From positions 2,232,001-2,296,000 of the forward strand of contig OZ076409.1 in NCBI GenBank assembly GCA_964187785.1: a DNA stretch of 64,000 nucleotides, in the 5' to 3' direction. The translations under genes were made by a program, and so were the position numbers. The number at the start of each line of letters is the position of its first letter. Positions within the stretch are counted from its first letter, which is position 1. Under the pieces are notes generated by a model. The model saw nothing but the letters and a program-made list of their open reading frames with translations. It did not search any database and was not told the origin of the DNA. Shown here one piece after another: positions 63,229 through 64,000 of this stretch. Source of the DNA: Amphiscolops sp. MND2022. Lineage: Eukaryota.

Positions 63229-63533
63229 CGAAAACCATTTGTCCTTCGAAATCTTCAGGGGCCATGGCAAATCGATCTCCCAATGTAATTTTTGCTCTAC
63301 TGAAAAAACGTTCAATCTTATTGCTGGTGGGGGAACCCAAGAAGAATTATACCGTTTTTTCTCTTCCACTGCTTTTAGGGCTCTCGCGGCAAAATCTGTT
63401 TGAATTGTGGTATTATTATTACATAAGGTTAATGTGTACATTAACTCGGTACTAACATTCATTACATGTTAATAAAGGTTCCAATGCATTAACTTAATAC
63501 ATTAAATATAATGACATTTAATGCAAACTCATT

Positions 63534-63927
63534 GGTTACATGTCAAAATCTCCTAAGTCAAAATCTCCCAAGTTAAAATCTCCTAGACCTTAATCTCCTA
63601 GGTCAAAATCTCCTAAAATTAGAATAAAAGAAACTCATCGAAAAACAACTCGCCAACTTAATTGAAGCGGAAAGCTGTTCGCTTAGGAACAAAGGCTAAC
63701 CTCAATTTTCAACCATTTTCAAACTTAATTGCAAACCTTCACTCATTAGTCAATTATGTAATAATCTTTCAATGACTGTCTCAGCTTTTAATGCTTAATC
63801 AAAGTTACTTTCACACTATGAAATTCAATTTAGGAGATTATGACCTAGGAGATTTAGGTCTAGGAGATTTTAGCCTAGGAGATTTAGGTCTAGGAGATTT
63901 TAACTTAGGAGATTTTGACCTGATACC
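63534..63927. mobile_element. Foldback-type MITE with tandem aaatctccta units in its TIRs
   Basis: GG...CC termini, 8-bp TSD AACTCATT (63526-63533, 63928-63935). Confidence 0.78.
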
Positions 63928-63973
63928 AACTCATTTAATATTTATAAATCCCTGGTTAAGGGTTATAAGTTAC

Positions 63974-64000
63974 CGGCTGAGCTGGTGGAGACGGAGGTTG
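63974..64000 (-). CDS. fry: furry exon (truncated by window edge), ...TSVSTSSA-G
   Basis: GC-rich segment ending in donor G|GTAACT; phase 1 matches next exon start GC-CCG. Confidence 0.6.

Noticed and set aside
63541..63920. CRISPR-like array (also 39010-39140, 27440-27650)
   Set aside because: No unique spacers; units are inverted across the element and the context is eukaryotic, so these are foldback/MITE subterminal repeats.

Overview
Eukaryotic (animal-like), AT-rich, repeat-dense DNA. The whole window lies inside one large minus-strand gene, a furry (FRY/FRYL-family) homolog. I chained 20 exons (about 4.0 kb, ~1,340 codons) in one reading frame from 64000 down to 6928; the gene continues beyond both ends. 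With the natural acceptors, the frame holds only if at least three introns use non-GT donors: two GA donors (CAG|GAAAGT at 56788, CAG|GAACGC at 26814) and a GC donor (25835). A fourth (27741) may also be GC. The introns hold nested mobile DNA. The largest is a young 7.6-kb LTR element with 2053-bp LTRs, a 5-bp TSD, a tRNA-Asn-like PBS and a PPT. It encodes Gag, then a textbook -1 frameshift signal into a ~410-aa ORF with no Pol motifs, plus a short antisense ORF. There are also two decayed LINEs, several hAT elements with 8-bp TSDs, Tc1/pogo-, Merlin- and piggyBac-like MITEs, and at least four families of Helentron-like (HINE/DINE-1-type) non-autonomous elements. Family assignments come from motifs recognised by eye; no database search was run.
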